A DNA stretch of 64,000 bases from Tubiluchus corallicola (GCA_030141605.1 JAQGDQ010000176.1:248001-312000); one strand, 5' to 3'. Positions 41,455 to 54,253 are shown, numbered from the stretch's first letter. Translations and numbers: made by a program. Notes: a model not told the origin generated them from the letters alone.

Positions 41455-41674
41455 CAGGGTCGCCCAGAAAAAACGCTTCCACAAACTAATTCGTAGCCCT
41501 TTATCCTGGTAGAGGCATTTCTAAAAGAGACACACATCATCGTATAGACCGGTTTCTCTTCTTTCCAAAGGCCTGTAAATTTCCTTGCAGGACACCAACT
41601 AGCGTTGTTAAGGCCTGCATCAGCAGGAAGTGTTACGAGTTAGTTTGGTGTGAACATTTTTTTGGACAATCCGG
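41455..41674. mobile_element. Old Tc1/mariner-type MITE
   Basis: Left CAGGGTCGCCCAGAAAAAACGCTTCCACAAACTAATTCGTAGCCCTT versus right-end reverse complement CCGGATTGTCCAAAAAAATGTTCACACCAAACTAACTCGTAACACTT. Confidence 0.7.
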
Positions 41675-42234
41675 ACAATGCTCGGCTCAGCCGTTATCAG
41701 TATGAACGCTATTCTACTTCTACTTAGAATTTTTAAAATGTAACCATTTCTCAGGTGAAAAGATATAGGCCAACAACGCTGCATGACCTGGTTCTTTCAG
41801 TCTGTGTCAGTTGGTGTTCGGTTAATAAGGTGCTCTACCCATTCACTACGCACCTACGTGACAGGAAAAAACACTTTTTGGCAGGCATATAATCCATTTT
41901 TAGGCAAGGAAAGTTTTGCTTTTTAATGCATAGTAACCATGATCAAAGTAATACTTTCAAAGAAATGTTTTGACTTGCTTGGAAGGAAAAGCTAGCACAA
42001 CTAGAAGTAAATTAGCAAATACATCAGTTTCAATACTTACATACTTACTGACATCGACAAGTGTCACCGTCCATTAACTAAACTAGCTAGATTTCGTTTT
42101 TATAGCGTGAGCGGCAGCTGCATGAATGGTAGTCACATTATAAATATTTCACCAAGTGCGAGCTGTTTTGTTAACATTTTACAAATGCATGTCTTATTGC
42201 CTTGCATGTTTCTCTCTCCCGTCACTGCATGCAG

Positions 42235-42345
42235 AGTCAAATAAAAAGAGACATGGTAAACACCGTCACAGAAAGAAACACCGGAAAAGAAAGCAAAGAG
42301 AGAGAAAAAAAGCGAAGAAAGAACAGCAGAAAGCTCAAAAGAACG
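42235..42345 (+). CDS. Candidate alternative exon of the CUB gene encoding a polybasic segment
   Basis: Acceptor TTTCTCTCTCCCGTCACTGCATGCAG, 111 nt, phase 1-1, donor G|GTAATG; ESNKKRHGKHRHRKKHRKRKQRERKKAKKEQQKAQKN. If the donor is unused it reads on to a stop at 42383. Confidence 0.65.
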
Positions 42346-43891
42346 GTAATGAAGATAGTAATTATAACACATCATATGTATGATAGCCACGCAAATGTTT
42401 TGTGAACAAGGATGTCTTAGTCTATAGCATAATTGCGCAAGTTGTTGTTTTCATTTACGTGATGTCCTGCGCTAACGTAAAAATGTTGAAACTGTCAGTA
42501 GAAACAGCATAATCAGCTTATTGAACTTTTTGAAAAAGATGAGAATTTTAAAACCACGTGGTATGCTACGTTATTAGTTCCTACCTTTACAAATTTTTAA
42601 ACGAGATAAAGTCGTTGTATGGAAACTTATAGTGCTGTAATTACACATTTTTTGTACTTGAAATGCAAACTCGCCGTTTCAAGAACATATGGAGATAGGT
42701 ACTTGAAAGCTTCAAGACTTTTTGCTATAACTGAACTTCATTTTGTTTTTTGTTCGGTTTGTCGTTTTTCTCCTTTACCTGGGACTATTCTGGGACAGCT
42801 CTAAATTATTAAACAAGTAAATAAGAAACAGCTTATTTTAGGACGGCAACAAGCAGTAAAACACAAGCGTCATGAGACTCCTTATCGTTCAAATAACAAA
42901 ACAAATAAAAACGCACAAGAAAACGCAATAAAATTAAATTTAAAAGACTGATCTGTTGATGAGTTTATTCTAAAAAGAACTAAATTTCAATATTCCTTGC
43001 AAAGATCATCTTAATGTACGGACAATGCTTATCTCATTAATGCTTGAGAATATCTCCTTTATGGTCCAATAATAATAAGATGAAAGGCCCCATGCCAGGC
43101 CGGTCTGGCGTTAGTATAGATGGATATTTTTGAAATTCATCTTCGGAAATCGTGGCCTAGGCATGCAAGGAAGACAGGAGTTTAGCTCGTCGCTCGGCTG
43201 TCTTTCTTGCCTCAGTACATGACAAGTCTCAAAGCAGAAAAGGCTGAATGGATCTAAGAAGACGACCAGAGGTCCTTGTACGAGTGGAGCAAGAGCAAGG
43301 CTTGAAAAAATCAGCAACTTGAGTGTGATTCGATACCAGTAATAGTCTAGGCATGTCCAAATACTGACATTAAACTTTACTTTTTGTTAATAAAATCCTG
43401 TTTTTTCTTTTGCTGAAAAGACGCGTAGAGGTTTAGTGAGTGTTTTTCAGCGTTCGTCCTACATTGTACACATTTTTAAAATCGTTATTTCTAACATAGT
43501 TCTGACAACAATTGTTACAAATAATAATAATGTTTATAAAGAAATCGCGTTTGTGCCGTTATACTTGAAAAAAAAGATATTTATGATCATTAGTCAGAGC
43601 TAAACCGTAGTTTGTCTGAATTATATTTTTCGTTCCCACTCTACTGTTATTATCTAGCTTTTTAAGTAATTTAAGATTTCTTTCACTCGTGCCATCGTTT
43701 CTTGACTGGCTTCTCAAGTAACCAATTTCTCGAAAAATAGCAAAATGCCGTCAAAGTGTCAGCGCTCTCCTTTTATCGACAATTTCTATCATTAGCAGCA
43801 CACTCCCCGAGGAAGAAGAACTTAAAACCCTCTAATTTACTTCTCATGTTAACAGTTTTTCTCTGTCATTTTGTCTTTTTTCTTTTTGCAG

Positions 43892-43933
43892 AATCGAAAA
43901 ATAGCAGACCCGTGTCATCAACGGAGAAAAAGG
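43892..43933 (+). CDS. CUB-domain protein 42-nt stalk exon (ESKNSRPVSSTEKK)
   Basis: Very strong polypyrimidine acceptor TTTTTTCTTTTTGCAG, donor G|GTAAAT; phase 1-1. Confidence 0.75.
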
Positions 43934-45303
43934 GTAAATAATATAACCAAATACTCGAATTGCATGCCATAATGAGTCTCAATGACTGTCAAAATTATGG
44001 GCTAATTTTAGTTTTAGTATTCTGAGTGAAAGAAAATTTTTAGTGAACTATTTTAGCCAAGTGCTATTAGGTAGTAAAGCTCACGCCAAACTTACGTAGA
44101 GTTAAAAATTTTCTCTGCATGCTAATAGTTTAAATAGTGAAATGTAGATGTTTGTGACAAGAACTGAAATTTGATGAAACAGAAAAATAATTATTGTATC
44201 TCTTTTCATGCTTAACATCACTAGCTTCGGCAAGTGAAACTAGTAAATTATCTCAGATATGAAATTTTGCCCTGATTCTTGAGTTTTTAAAGAAGACCGC
44301 GTAAATTGTACACGCTGTTCTTGCGTTATAAATGCGCAAGTACAATATCTTTGTAACATTCTATTGCATTTTCAGTTCAAGCGCCACCCAACTGCAGAGA
44401 ATGAAAACTTAACAGTTATGAAAGCTTTTATTTTAAATGCTGTTAATTCTCACTCTTACATTGTTCAGTTCTTGTAGCGTGCCATAGGGCATAGCATGCA
44501 AGTGTTCACAACTGAAAACATTCTGTTTACAGCATAATCTTATAAGAAAACTGAGAACAGCGAACGTTTTCGGTGTGAAAGTGCTACTTTGCTTATTTTT
44601 CTTTTTTCTGCATGCTTTCTTTACCTTATACGTTAATACTGTTTGTAACAGAACTTCTGAATTTAATGGTTTATAATTGTCACTAAGTAGTTAGTGAATG
44701 CTCAGTGATAAATAAAACTAATACTAATCCATGTATTGAACAATAAATAAGAATTAATTTCTGAAATGCACCAAGAAGGGTGTGCATATTCAAGCAGTGA
44801 ATGGCTTAGCATAAATGCACGTTTCTTTTAAATTTTTACATTTTTTCAATTTTGGCATGCCTAAATATAATTATGGCACGCATACTATACAGTGGTGCTA
44901 CATACTATCGTTGTTGTAAGCATGACAATTATACATCTACGCACAGGCAAAATTTGATCGTATGATGTTTTATTATTATACCCTCTACCCACTTTGAGAC
45001 CTAGCTGTACCAAAACTGGTGTTTGCGTTTAATGAGACGAACTTAGTTGCAAAATTTCACAGCAGGCGTGCTCTTAGAATGCGTGCTTATCAACTTAAAT
45101 CCAAGAAGTTACATAAAAATAGATTTATATACAGAAATACTAAGTCAGGTAATGAGTAGTGACGTTTTTTATCGTCATATAAGCTATTTCTCATTATTGT
45201 GCGTTTGTAAATAAAAGTGATTATTTTCACAGAAGTTCTGTTACCATCTGTCTTAGTTGTTAGCTTGCATTAAGCTCCACGTGCTTCTCTTACTTTCTTC
45301 CAG

Positions 45304-45354
45304 AAGCTAGCAAACCTGCTGTTGGCACAGTTCTAAATCGTAGCTCTGATAGAG
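45304..45354 (+). CDS. CUB-domain protein 51-nt stalk exon (EASKPAVGTVLNRSSDR)
   Basis: Acceptor CTTCTCTTACTTTCTTCCAG, donor G|GTAGGT; phase 1-1. Confidence 0.7.
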
Positions 45355-45997
45355 GTAGGTTGCAGTTCCCTCTAGTTTGTCTGGTCCTAGCTCCTGAACT
45401 AAACTGATTTATCTCAGGTCATACTTCCCTTCCAACTTAATGTGACTACAGTATAGTTCATATTTATCAATGAACGCAAGAGCTATTGTTGTTATCACCC
45501 AACTATTGTATGTTTAGACGTACTTGAAACTTAACGTATAACTTTTTAATACAAAACGTATTCAAAAATGACTGCTCTATATATGGATCTGTTCAAGAGT
45601 TTAAAAAATACATCAAAATATTCAAGTTTTTCTGTCCATTAGTGATAATTTATAATCAATAGATGATGCTTCATAGTTAATAATGATTTAATTATACCAT
45701 GCTAAAGTGTAACAACATTTACTATAGGTCCATTTCATAACTTCAAAAGTATACAGTTTTGCATGATTCGTCAGTGAGCTGGCTTTAAGAAAAAACAGAG
45801 GGCAAACGTTGTGGGTGGTAGCAGTCATCGGTTAGAATTCCAATGAAGTAATTACTGATTTTAATTTTAATAGACACTTGTTGGAAAGTGTCGCACGATA
45901 TTTTTAATCCTTGTTATTGTGTTTGGATTTGGGCACTGGGTATTTGTCAAAATGGAAAATTACCCTTATATTAATGTTACGTTTTACTTGTTTTTAG

Positions 45998-46065
45998 GTT
46001 TTAGCACGTGCCTCCATTTAGCAATTTACCTCCGAATTACTACTTTATGGTTGGGGAATTTGTGA
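45998..46065 (+). CDS. CUB-domain protein terminal coding exon (hydrophobic, possibly GPI-signal tail)
   Basis: Acceptor TTTTACTTGTTTTTAG, reads GFSTCLHLAIYLRITTLWLGNL*; followed by a long AU-rich putative 3'UTR. Confidence 0.65.
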
Positions 46066-47536
46066 TAGACGTTTATTCTAATGGTTAACGCAAAAGATCA
46101 CCCCTTACGCCTATGCGATTGACAATTCAGCTGTGCTTTACCATTTAGCCTGCATGCATGGGTGAAACGTCTTGCTCTCTGTGTTATTCGCTGTCATATC
46201 TATATTAAGTTTTAACTATAATCGATTTTTCAAATTTATTGTTGTTGTAATGTATTTTTACTCCAGTCGTCTGGCTGCTTGTAATAAGTCGTGAGTAAGA
46301 TCATGTTATCAAGTTCATGTGTAATATATCCGGAGTGCATAGAATGACGGAGACTGAAAAGTTGAGTGCTGTTCTTGGTAGCTATGCATTTTTTGTTAGT
46401 GATGGGTCGATGGAACTCTACTAGTTTGGCAAGTATCAAATATTAAGAAAAGAATATAGAAAATCACAACAATGAAATAGCTTATCTTTCATTAATCAGT
46501 AGGCCTAATAACACCTATTCGTGTTTCTGTCACTTCGACGAATATTCTAAGCCAAAGCCAGTACGCCTACTATTTGGCAGTACAATAATTTTTATTGGTG
46601 TCATTTTCACCCCCACAGTGACTTAAATAGTTGTTACTTGATAACAGCACTTTTAGAGTTTTCATTTCTATGAAAAATTGTTGTTATTTTCAGTTTAGTA
46701 AACACCAACTTTACTTAATTCTAACAAATTATTAAACTTTCACTTTGTATAAGCCAAGCAGATCAGGGGCGAAATAATGTTATTGTCGTCATACTAGTAG
46801 CTGAGCTCAAATATTTATATGATGTAAATATCGTTTTACTTTGGCGAAGACGTGCGTCTTTGTTATTTGTAAAATAATGTTGCTTGTTTATGTAGATTTG
46901 CTCCTATATTATAGGCCACTTACGTGGGTGTTTAACATTTTTATATTGTTGGTTAGTTGAATGAAAGTAATCGAGAGGCAAGACTTAAGACATTGTAAAT
47001 AACAATAGGTACTTGCAGTGCACTACTTTTTAAGATTTTTATTCTTTTAATTAAGTGTGATTACAATATTAAACGTTCTGAAAAGTATTCTTTAAAAACC
47101 AATTTTAAGAGTTCGTACGTTCATAATGTTATTCTACTCAAAAGTAGTAGCACGTAGTTACAAATTACTGATAGATTATTAGGTCTACGCCACTTGAAGC
47201 TTGCCTTATTTCACAGCTTGTTCAAATTGTTATACAAGCTAACCAAAATCCTAAAGAAAAATAAAACTGCTAAATATTATAGAATAATATTATTATTCTA
47301 CAAGTATAATTTATGACAGTTTTTGACAAAATGCACGTAAGTTTAATTTAAAGAATTATAGTCGATTTGTTCAAGTATTTTTTAAGTTATTTTATTATAA
47401 ATGTGCAATGTGCAGTTTGTAGAGCGCTAGAACCTGGTGAAATAGAATAAAAAACGTAAAAATGCATTTCTTAATTATGCTACTGATCATCAGTTTAACC
47501 TGGTAGAGATTTTTGCTTGATATTGTACTTTTGTTT

Positions 47537-47542
47537 AATAAA
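47537..47542 (+). terminator. Probable polyadenylation signal of the CUB gene
   Basis: AATAAA followed ~25 nt later by GT/T-rich sequence; a second AATAAA at 47446. Confidence 0.4.
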
Positions 47543-47949
47543 TTTCAAAGCGTATTGTTAAAAGCAGTTGTATCGTTTTTCTTTGAGGGCGAACGCATAT
47601 TCTTTTGTTGTGTCTAACCTTTTGGCCTGTTATCTCAGTGTTTATGTAAAGCAGAAGCAAATGTCAAGATCTCAAGACGAACCTCAATCTCGTCGAGTTA
47701 ACATAAGTTATTCTAAACTTTATTGTGACCTTAAACTTTTGCTACCCATTGCACCAACATTATGCCCACGCCAGACAAATTTCACTACGAGCTTAACCTT
47801 TTCTTTGACCTTGACCGTTATTTGCTTACTCATATGAAAGGCAAACGTCAAGACAAATAGCTTCAACAGATTTACCGCACTCTCCAAGCGTCCTCTGACT
47901 TACATTGCTGTGTTCATCTCACAGTCAAATACACGCACGTGCACGCGTG

Positions 47950-48063
47950 TGCACACAAACACACACACACACAAACAAACAAACACACACACAAACAAAC
48001 AAACACACACACACACAAACAAACAAACAAACACACACACACAAACAAACAAACACACACACA

Positions 48064-48118
<55 letters not shown>

Positions 48119-48128
48119 CACACACACA
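47950..48128. repeat. Compound (CA)n/(CAAA)n microsatellite
   Basis: Direct. Confidence 0.97.
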
Positions 48129-48178
48129 AGGGAAGTATGTTATTTAATTAATTAAAGTAAAAAACCTTGCTAACTATA

Positions 48179-48976
48179 TCAGCTGGCCCAAAAAAGCGCC
48201 AAAGTTTTGATTATGATAGTGCAAGAAGAAAATAACGGAATTGCTTGAAATTTTTCAGACTGATGTTGTAGATTCTTGCGTATAAACACCAAAAAGTTTA
48301 GACAATATCCTTAAATTTTGCCAATGGTACAAAAAGTTTTAAAACAACAAATTAAAAAATAAGTGCGAGAAAACCACAGAACAAATCTCGTTCATCACTA
48401 TTATTAAAACTAAAATTGGCAATTGCTCTATGCGTTTACCATTATCAATGCAAACTAGACGAAGACGTTTTTCGACAACTAACAGTGTCCCCCTTCTTCA
48501 AATGGATACTTGATCCCAGCGCTCAACAATTTTTGCCATTAGTTCTTCCGCAACAAACGACTCTGTCCAGTCGTCGTATACTTTCTCTTTAAGGAAATGT
48601 CAGGTACTGTAGTACAAACTATTAAGTCCCATTTTTCTGATAACAAGTTTTCATCAGCGTTTTATATTTCGTGGTGAAGATCATGGTGTAAGTAGGATGA
48701 TTTTATTTCTTTATTGTTTTGCTTGGGTTGTATTAAATGCTTTATATCCCAACTATTTTCAATTGATCATTAGCTGACATTTCCAACTTTTAGATTTTTA
48801 ATATGCAAAAGATTTTCGGCCATAACTTAAAAACTACTAAAACTTTAAGCTTGTGTTTTTCGCAGCCAAAAGCTAATGTACTGTAATATCAGGTTTTAAA
48901 ATTTCAACTTTGTAGGACACTTGATTCTAATATTATTGTAGTCTAAATTTAAGCACATTTTTTTCGCGCCACCTGA
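48179..48976 (-). mobile_element. Internally deleted Tc1/mariner-superfamily transposon with TA target duplication
   Basis: TA|TCAGCTGGCCCAAAAAAG ... TTTTTTTCGCGCCACCTGA|TA; minus strand 48612-48420 reads YST*HFLKEKVYDDWTESFVAEELMAKIVERWDQVSI*...KRLRLVCIDNGKRIEQL, a typical transposase C-terminus. Confidence 0.85.
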
Positions 48977-50207
48977 TAAAAAATTCAGTAAGTTTGTCAT
49001 ATACAAAATTATGTGGTAGGAAAACTGAAATTATGCAAATATAATACTGTTGTTACGTCTTTGTGGTGGTATCATAAAACTCCAGAAGTCCAAGTTCATT
49101 TGGAAATATTTTCTTCATCATATTGCTACTGCATTGTTTTTTGGAACACCCTGTAAAAATGTCTCCTAATTTGTCACAGATTAATCAATCTGTAACACCT
49201 ATCAAAAATGCAGCCCTTTGGAATGTGTGTGCACATGACATATCAGTATGTTTAGTTAACGGCTACCTTCTTACTTTTTTGCTTTGCATAGAAAGATACG
49301 TGTCAATGACCTAATATAACAATGTAACAGTCACCTAATTTTCCTTTTCCGCAATTTTCCTTTTCACTCACGACAGTTCATTTGTCAACTTAAGTATTTC
49401 GTTTCACAAATATTTTCGGTAGTTCAGCGACGTTTTTAAGTTGCAAATACAGTTGTAACTGTATTTAAGAAAGCAAAGGAAGACATACGCCAACACGAGA
49501 GTGCTTTGGTTATCCGTGTTAGAGAAACCAGCCAGTTTCGATTTTAATAGAGGAAAAATTTTATAACCAACAAGAAACATCACTAAAAAGCATATACTCG
49601 AATCTCCCTTAATTGTAACAGATTCGAACTTGATTTTAAACCAAATCAAGGTTTTGCGCCACAGAACATTGTGCTGTCTAAATATATTACTTTAATTTCT
49701 CATTAATGACAGATTACATTTTTTGTTTTTTCTCGATTATTGTTTGCATGGATACTCGTAGTTTTGTTACAATATTTTTATTTTTGTTCCGAATTTCAAA
49801 TCATTCATATATTTCCTGACGATGACTGCTAGCATGCAGAGGACACCTTGAAATTTTCTAATAATTTAACAAAATTTATATTATATTGGTCATTTAATGA
49901 AACAGATATTGTTCTTGTTATAAAGAATTTAAGAACTTCGACATTATTAGTTTTTTCACATAAACGACGAATCCCGTTAGCGTCAATTGACTTTCATTTA
50001 AATAACCACTAGACACATTGATATACCAACCTAAACGCATAATCTAAAGTTAGCTGTTAAACACACCCCATCACCAGCACGTGAACTGAAATGGCTTGAA
50101 CAGGTACTCTTGAATACTGGATTTAAAATGCTGAAAATTAGTTTTTGGGTCATTACAATATTCTTAGAATTAAACAAACAGTCAACATAGACAATATTAT
50201 CAGAAAC

Positions 50208-50213
50208 TTTATT
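50208..50213 (-). terminator. Probable polyadenylation signal of UBE2J1 (3'UTR ~1.7 kb)
   Basis: AATAAA on the minus strand followed by GU-rich GTTGACTGTTTGTTT. Confidence 0.5.
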
Positions 50214-51935
50214 TATAACCTATGAAAATTCATGTGCCAATAATTGAATATTACCTCACCGATTATTAACAAATATTAAAGCATAACAAAAAGCAAAGCA
50301 TTTAGCTTAATATTGATTATTCAGCTAATTAGAACAATACATGTAGTACACCTTCCCATTATGATGCTATTACAATAACAATGTATGCAGGCACCACTTT
50401 CATTGCAAAATCATTGAGAATGAGAAGAGTATGATTGGAAACTTAACTGATTCTTACCAAATAATAATGTCACCAAGAAGGAACAGTTTGTTAAAAACCC
50501 ACACTTTCAAACAGTTGTTATACTTATAACTTATTTTTGTTATAATAATTTTCCATCCAGGAAAATATCTAAGCTATTCAAAACCACAAAAGTGCTGAAG
50601 GAAGTCAAAGAACAAATGGAGAAAAGTTGCAACTTGATAATATGGTTTCTCGTTATTATGCAAACAAGTTACAAATAGTATATGACATGCTGCTAATCTA
50701 ATAACAATCTTTAGATGATTTTGAAATAGCTGATAGTTTCATTATAATGTGAATTGCTGCAAATAGGCACTGTATGTAAAATGTCATACGTAATATTTTT
50801 AGTATAGCAAACTTACACAGTACAGCAACTGCACATTATTTGTGCATGAAATAAATATGATTTGCTCAGCTCGACTAGACATTAAATTAAATTAGTAAAC
50901 CTACAAGAGGCCAACAAAAGAAATAAAACATCGCAAATAATGGCATGTACATTGCATCAATAACTATTACTTGCCAAATGATAACTATAATTTCATGAGT
51001 AGGAAAAATTCTTCTGTTGCAAACTTGTGTCTTCATATTTTAGAGTTTACATCTTAAACGATAGTAATGATGACACAAATTGCTAAATCCAGTCTGGATT
51101 CACAATAATGTATTATAAAAGAATGAAATGACAAATAATTAAAAAAGACCATGCATAAATACACCGGTTGATATTAACAACACTTTTGCACCACATATCT
51201 TATCTGTTAAAAAATTAAAAACAAGCAATATTAATAAATAACTGGGGCCCAGCTTTGCTATTAATAAGAAACTTGAAGACTTTGAGGAAGCTTTGAAGAG
51301 CTCATACTTTGACGTTTTAATATGAAAAACTGTTAGAGAAACTACACAAATGATAAGAAAACTATGCCGTTTAAGCTGTTTGGCAGCATGTGCTTTGAAC
51401 TGTGAAATACAACAAAACAATGTTTAAGTGGCTCAGTTTAAAGTAAAAGGAGTAAAAACACGTTTAGGGCCAAACTTTTTCATATTCCAACAGTATAAAA
51501 ATTGAATTTGCGATGGAATACTAATGGCATTTAAAATGGCATCAGCATCCATAATATATGAGACATAACCTACGCTCTCAGGACTATAACACAACAAGGG
51601 CAGCTATAATATTTGCTATTTACAAATTATACAATCATATATATTGTAAAAAGTGCACCATACCTTTTTCTTTTAAACAAACAAAAGATTTAGCAACTAT
51701 ACATGTCATAGAAAATGACAAAGATGCCTTTCCATACCTTAGCAAGGTCTTTAACATATTCTTATTGCGAAAATAGTACCAAATCGATGATAACAATGTA
51801 CTGCAAATTTATATATTAATCATTGGTACTATTAAAGTAATCCTTATTGCTGGTTATTTACTGTCTTTACATCAATATAATCCATTAATCATATCTGCTA
51901 AACCATCCAAATTTTAATAACTTAACAACTCAGTT

Positions 51936-52376
51936 CTAATACTCATGCACATTATATTGTGGGAGAAGTGTGGCCACTCTCCGAGCAACAAGCACTGCGA
52001 TAGCTAGAGAAAGAATTATCATTATAATTAGTGACTTATGGCCATTATGTTCAGCATTTTCATTGATCAGTCTCTGTGAATTCGTTTGGAAGGTCACGTT
52101 GGAAGGGGACGCAACCACTCGCTGCCTCACATTCGTTGGTGCAATGGTTTCGGTCTGCATAGACGATACTATCGTCCCTGCATCAGTGTTATCTACTTGA
52201 CTTACTTTATTATCTTCCACTGTCTTGATTTCTGCAACTTGAGCACTGGCTGAAAATGTGTGAATCTGATTGTATGGCTGACCTGGATAAATAATGGTTG
52301 AAGCTTGCTTTGAAGACAGCGATGCAGACGTGTTGGGCATCTCTACTTCTTTACTTTTTGCTTTTTCATCTTCTCC
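51936..52376 (-). CDS. UBE2J1: UBE2J1 exon 7 (linker plus C-terminal tail anchor, stop)
   Basis: Acceptor at 52377-78; GEDEKAKSKEVEMPNT...KSLIIMIILSLAIAVLVARRVATLLPQYNVHEY*; TM helix followed by RR as in Ubc6-type E2s. Confidence 0.9.
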   Translation of the reverse strand, partial: GEDEKAKSKEVEMPNTSASLSSKQASTIIYPGQPYNQIHTFSASAQVAEIKTVEDNKVSQVDNTDAGTIVSSMQTETIAPTNVRQRVVASPSNVTFQTNSQRLINENAEHNGHKSLIIMIILSLAIAVLVARRVATLLPQYNVHEY

Positions 52377-52930
52377 CTAAGTCAAGTGGAAAATGTTCAT
52401 TACAAAATTTTGAGAATTTTTTTTTAATTGCAGAATATAAATGATGATACAAAAACTATATTGATGCAAAAACAAGTATTACACATCTAGTTATTTTAAT
52501 ATTCTATTCTACAGTCATATATTGATAGCTGGACTTACGGTTAAAATTAAATTTTAAACACAGATTTCAAAGTTTCAAAGCTTTCTAAGCGATAATTGCC
52601 ATATGATATTTATTTAAATATCTCATTACTTCATTTAATTAACTGACTCAAAATGGTGATGAGTGCAAATTAATAATAATCCCAATTTAAAATTCTAACA
52701 AATTACTTTTGAAAAATATATCACCATTCTTGTTTCAAAGCAAAAGAAGTTTGTAATGCATTACTATATATCGCAGGGTGTAAAAGAAAAATGTGATATT
52801 GCTAATTAAGTGCAAATAAATTATTTTTAATTTTTTATTGCAAAGTATCAAATGAACATTTCCAAAAATTCCAATTAAAAACGATGTGACTAGATGCTTA
52901 GTAAATTTAATTATTTTATTTGAGATTTAC

Positions 52931-53054
52931 CTTAAAGCCAATTTGCAAAGCCAATGCTTTTGCTTCTTCATTAAGTGCTAATGATGCTGGGGTTACTGCA
53001 GGTAATATTTCCTTATTAGGCATAGTGCACACCTGGCATATCCAGTCTTGAGAC
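52931..53054 (-). CDS. UBE2J1: UBE2J1 exon 6
   Basis: SQDWICQVCTMPNKEILPAVTPASLALNEEAKALALQIGFK, homologous to human SQDFCCEGCG...EAKELARQISFK; GT-AG, phase 2-0. Confidence 0.92.
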
Positions 53055-53384
53055 CTAACAACAGATAATGCCAATGTAAATTATTATGTAACACAGTGTT
53101 TATTCTGGTAATTTGCCATTTGTCACATAAATTTGTTAAATATCTATTACAAATTCAAAGCAGAAAAAACAGTTTAAATACAAATCAATTTTAATCTAAT
53201 ATATACTACGCAATACTTTTCACTATTTAATTCTTATATGACATACAAAACAAGATGAACTCAGAACATATTCCTCAGAAACCATGCCTCTACTAATTAA
53301 CTATACCAAATAGTACATCAATTTTCTAGTGTAAGCAAATACCAAGATAGTAGTCATTCTCAGACATTGTTATTCTAAACTTAC

Positions 53385-53490
53385 TTCTTTGCTAATTTTT
53401 TCCTTTCAGTAGTGGGATAGTCTAGTGAACCAATAGCTCCTGCTCCAGGTGTTGGCATAAAGCCAATAATAGCTAAGAGTGCAGTACGAA
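53385..53490 (-). CDS. UBE2J1: UBE2J1 exon 5
   Basis: IRTALLAIIGFMPTPGAGAIGSLDYPTTERKKLAK; GT-AG, phase 1-2. Confidence 0.96.
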
Positions 53491-53517
53491 CTGAAATATA
53501 AAAAACAAGCAAAAATC

Positions 53518-53520
<3 letters not shown>

Positions 53521-53560
<40 letters not shown>
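53521..53560. repeat. (AT)n microsatellite
   Basis: Direct. Confidence 0.97.
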
Positions 53561-53563
<3 letters not shown>

Positions 53564-54168
53564 ATTTCTTATTACATTATTTTGGTGCTTAAACGGTGGC
53601 TGAATGCAACAATCAATAAATTTACTATAAATTAGCACCCATATTCGTAATTTTTCTTTAATTTTTGCACAGTGTACCTAAAATGCTCGCATCCAAACAT
53701 CTGAATCATTGCCTTCATGATATAAAACAAATTAAACAAATCTACAAAGTAGGTCTTCAAAAATATAAACACTAATTAAATTTAGAAGTGATTAAAAGTA
53801 TCATAAATATCACACTGACAAACCAGACAATGCCTAGTGCATCTGATCCTCTTAACAGTGCACATTTTTCGACAATTACATATGTTTTAAACAATTTTTC
53901 CCACCAGAATAAGCAAGCACAAATGTAGGAACTGATTTGCCTCTTGCTTTAATAGTAAAAGTACCCATTTTATCAATTACCTAGCATTTTAATTTAAAAA
54001 TGTAACTATAAGCAATATCAGCATGCTTAGTTGAGTATGTTATCATAGCTAATTGCAATATTACGATTTGATTTGAGTGATCTTCATTTGAGAATTTCAT
54101 AAGAACACTACAAATCAATGTTGTGACAAATGAACTACAATATACATGTGCCTAATCATTATACTTAC

Positions 54169-54253
54169 TAGACCAGGATGGTCGCCATGATTCTGGATGA
54201 TGTCCTGAGATGCTCAGACAAATTTTCCGAAAAACTTCAAATCTGCCATTTGG
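54169..54253 (-). CDS. UBE2J1: UBE2J1 exon 4 (catalytic Cys)
   Basis: PNGRFEVFRKICLSISGHHPESWRPSWS; J-family active-site motif. Confidence 0.97.

Noticed and set aside
42372-42383. PDZ-ligand-like C-terminus (SYV*) on the read-through basic exon
   Set aside because: That isoform would be extracellular, so a cytosolic PDZ interaction is not plausible.
49135-49155. Lone Tc1-type TIR (TTTTTTGGAACACCCTG-TA) as right end of the 48179 element
   Set aside because: A better-matching TIR with TA lies at 48958-48978; this one has no partner and is left as an orphan end.
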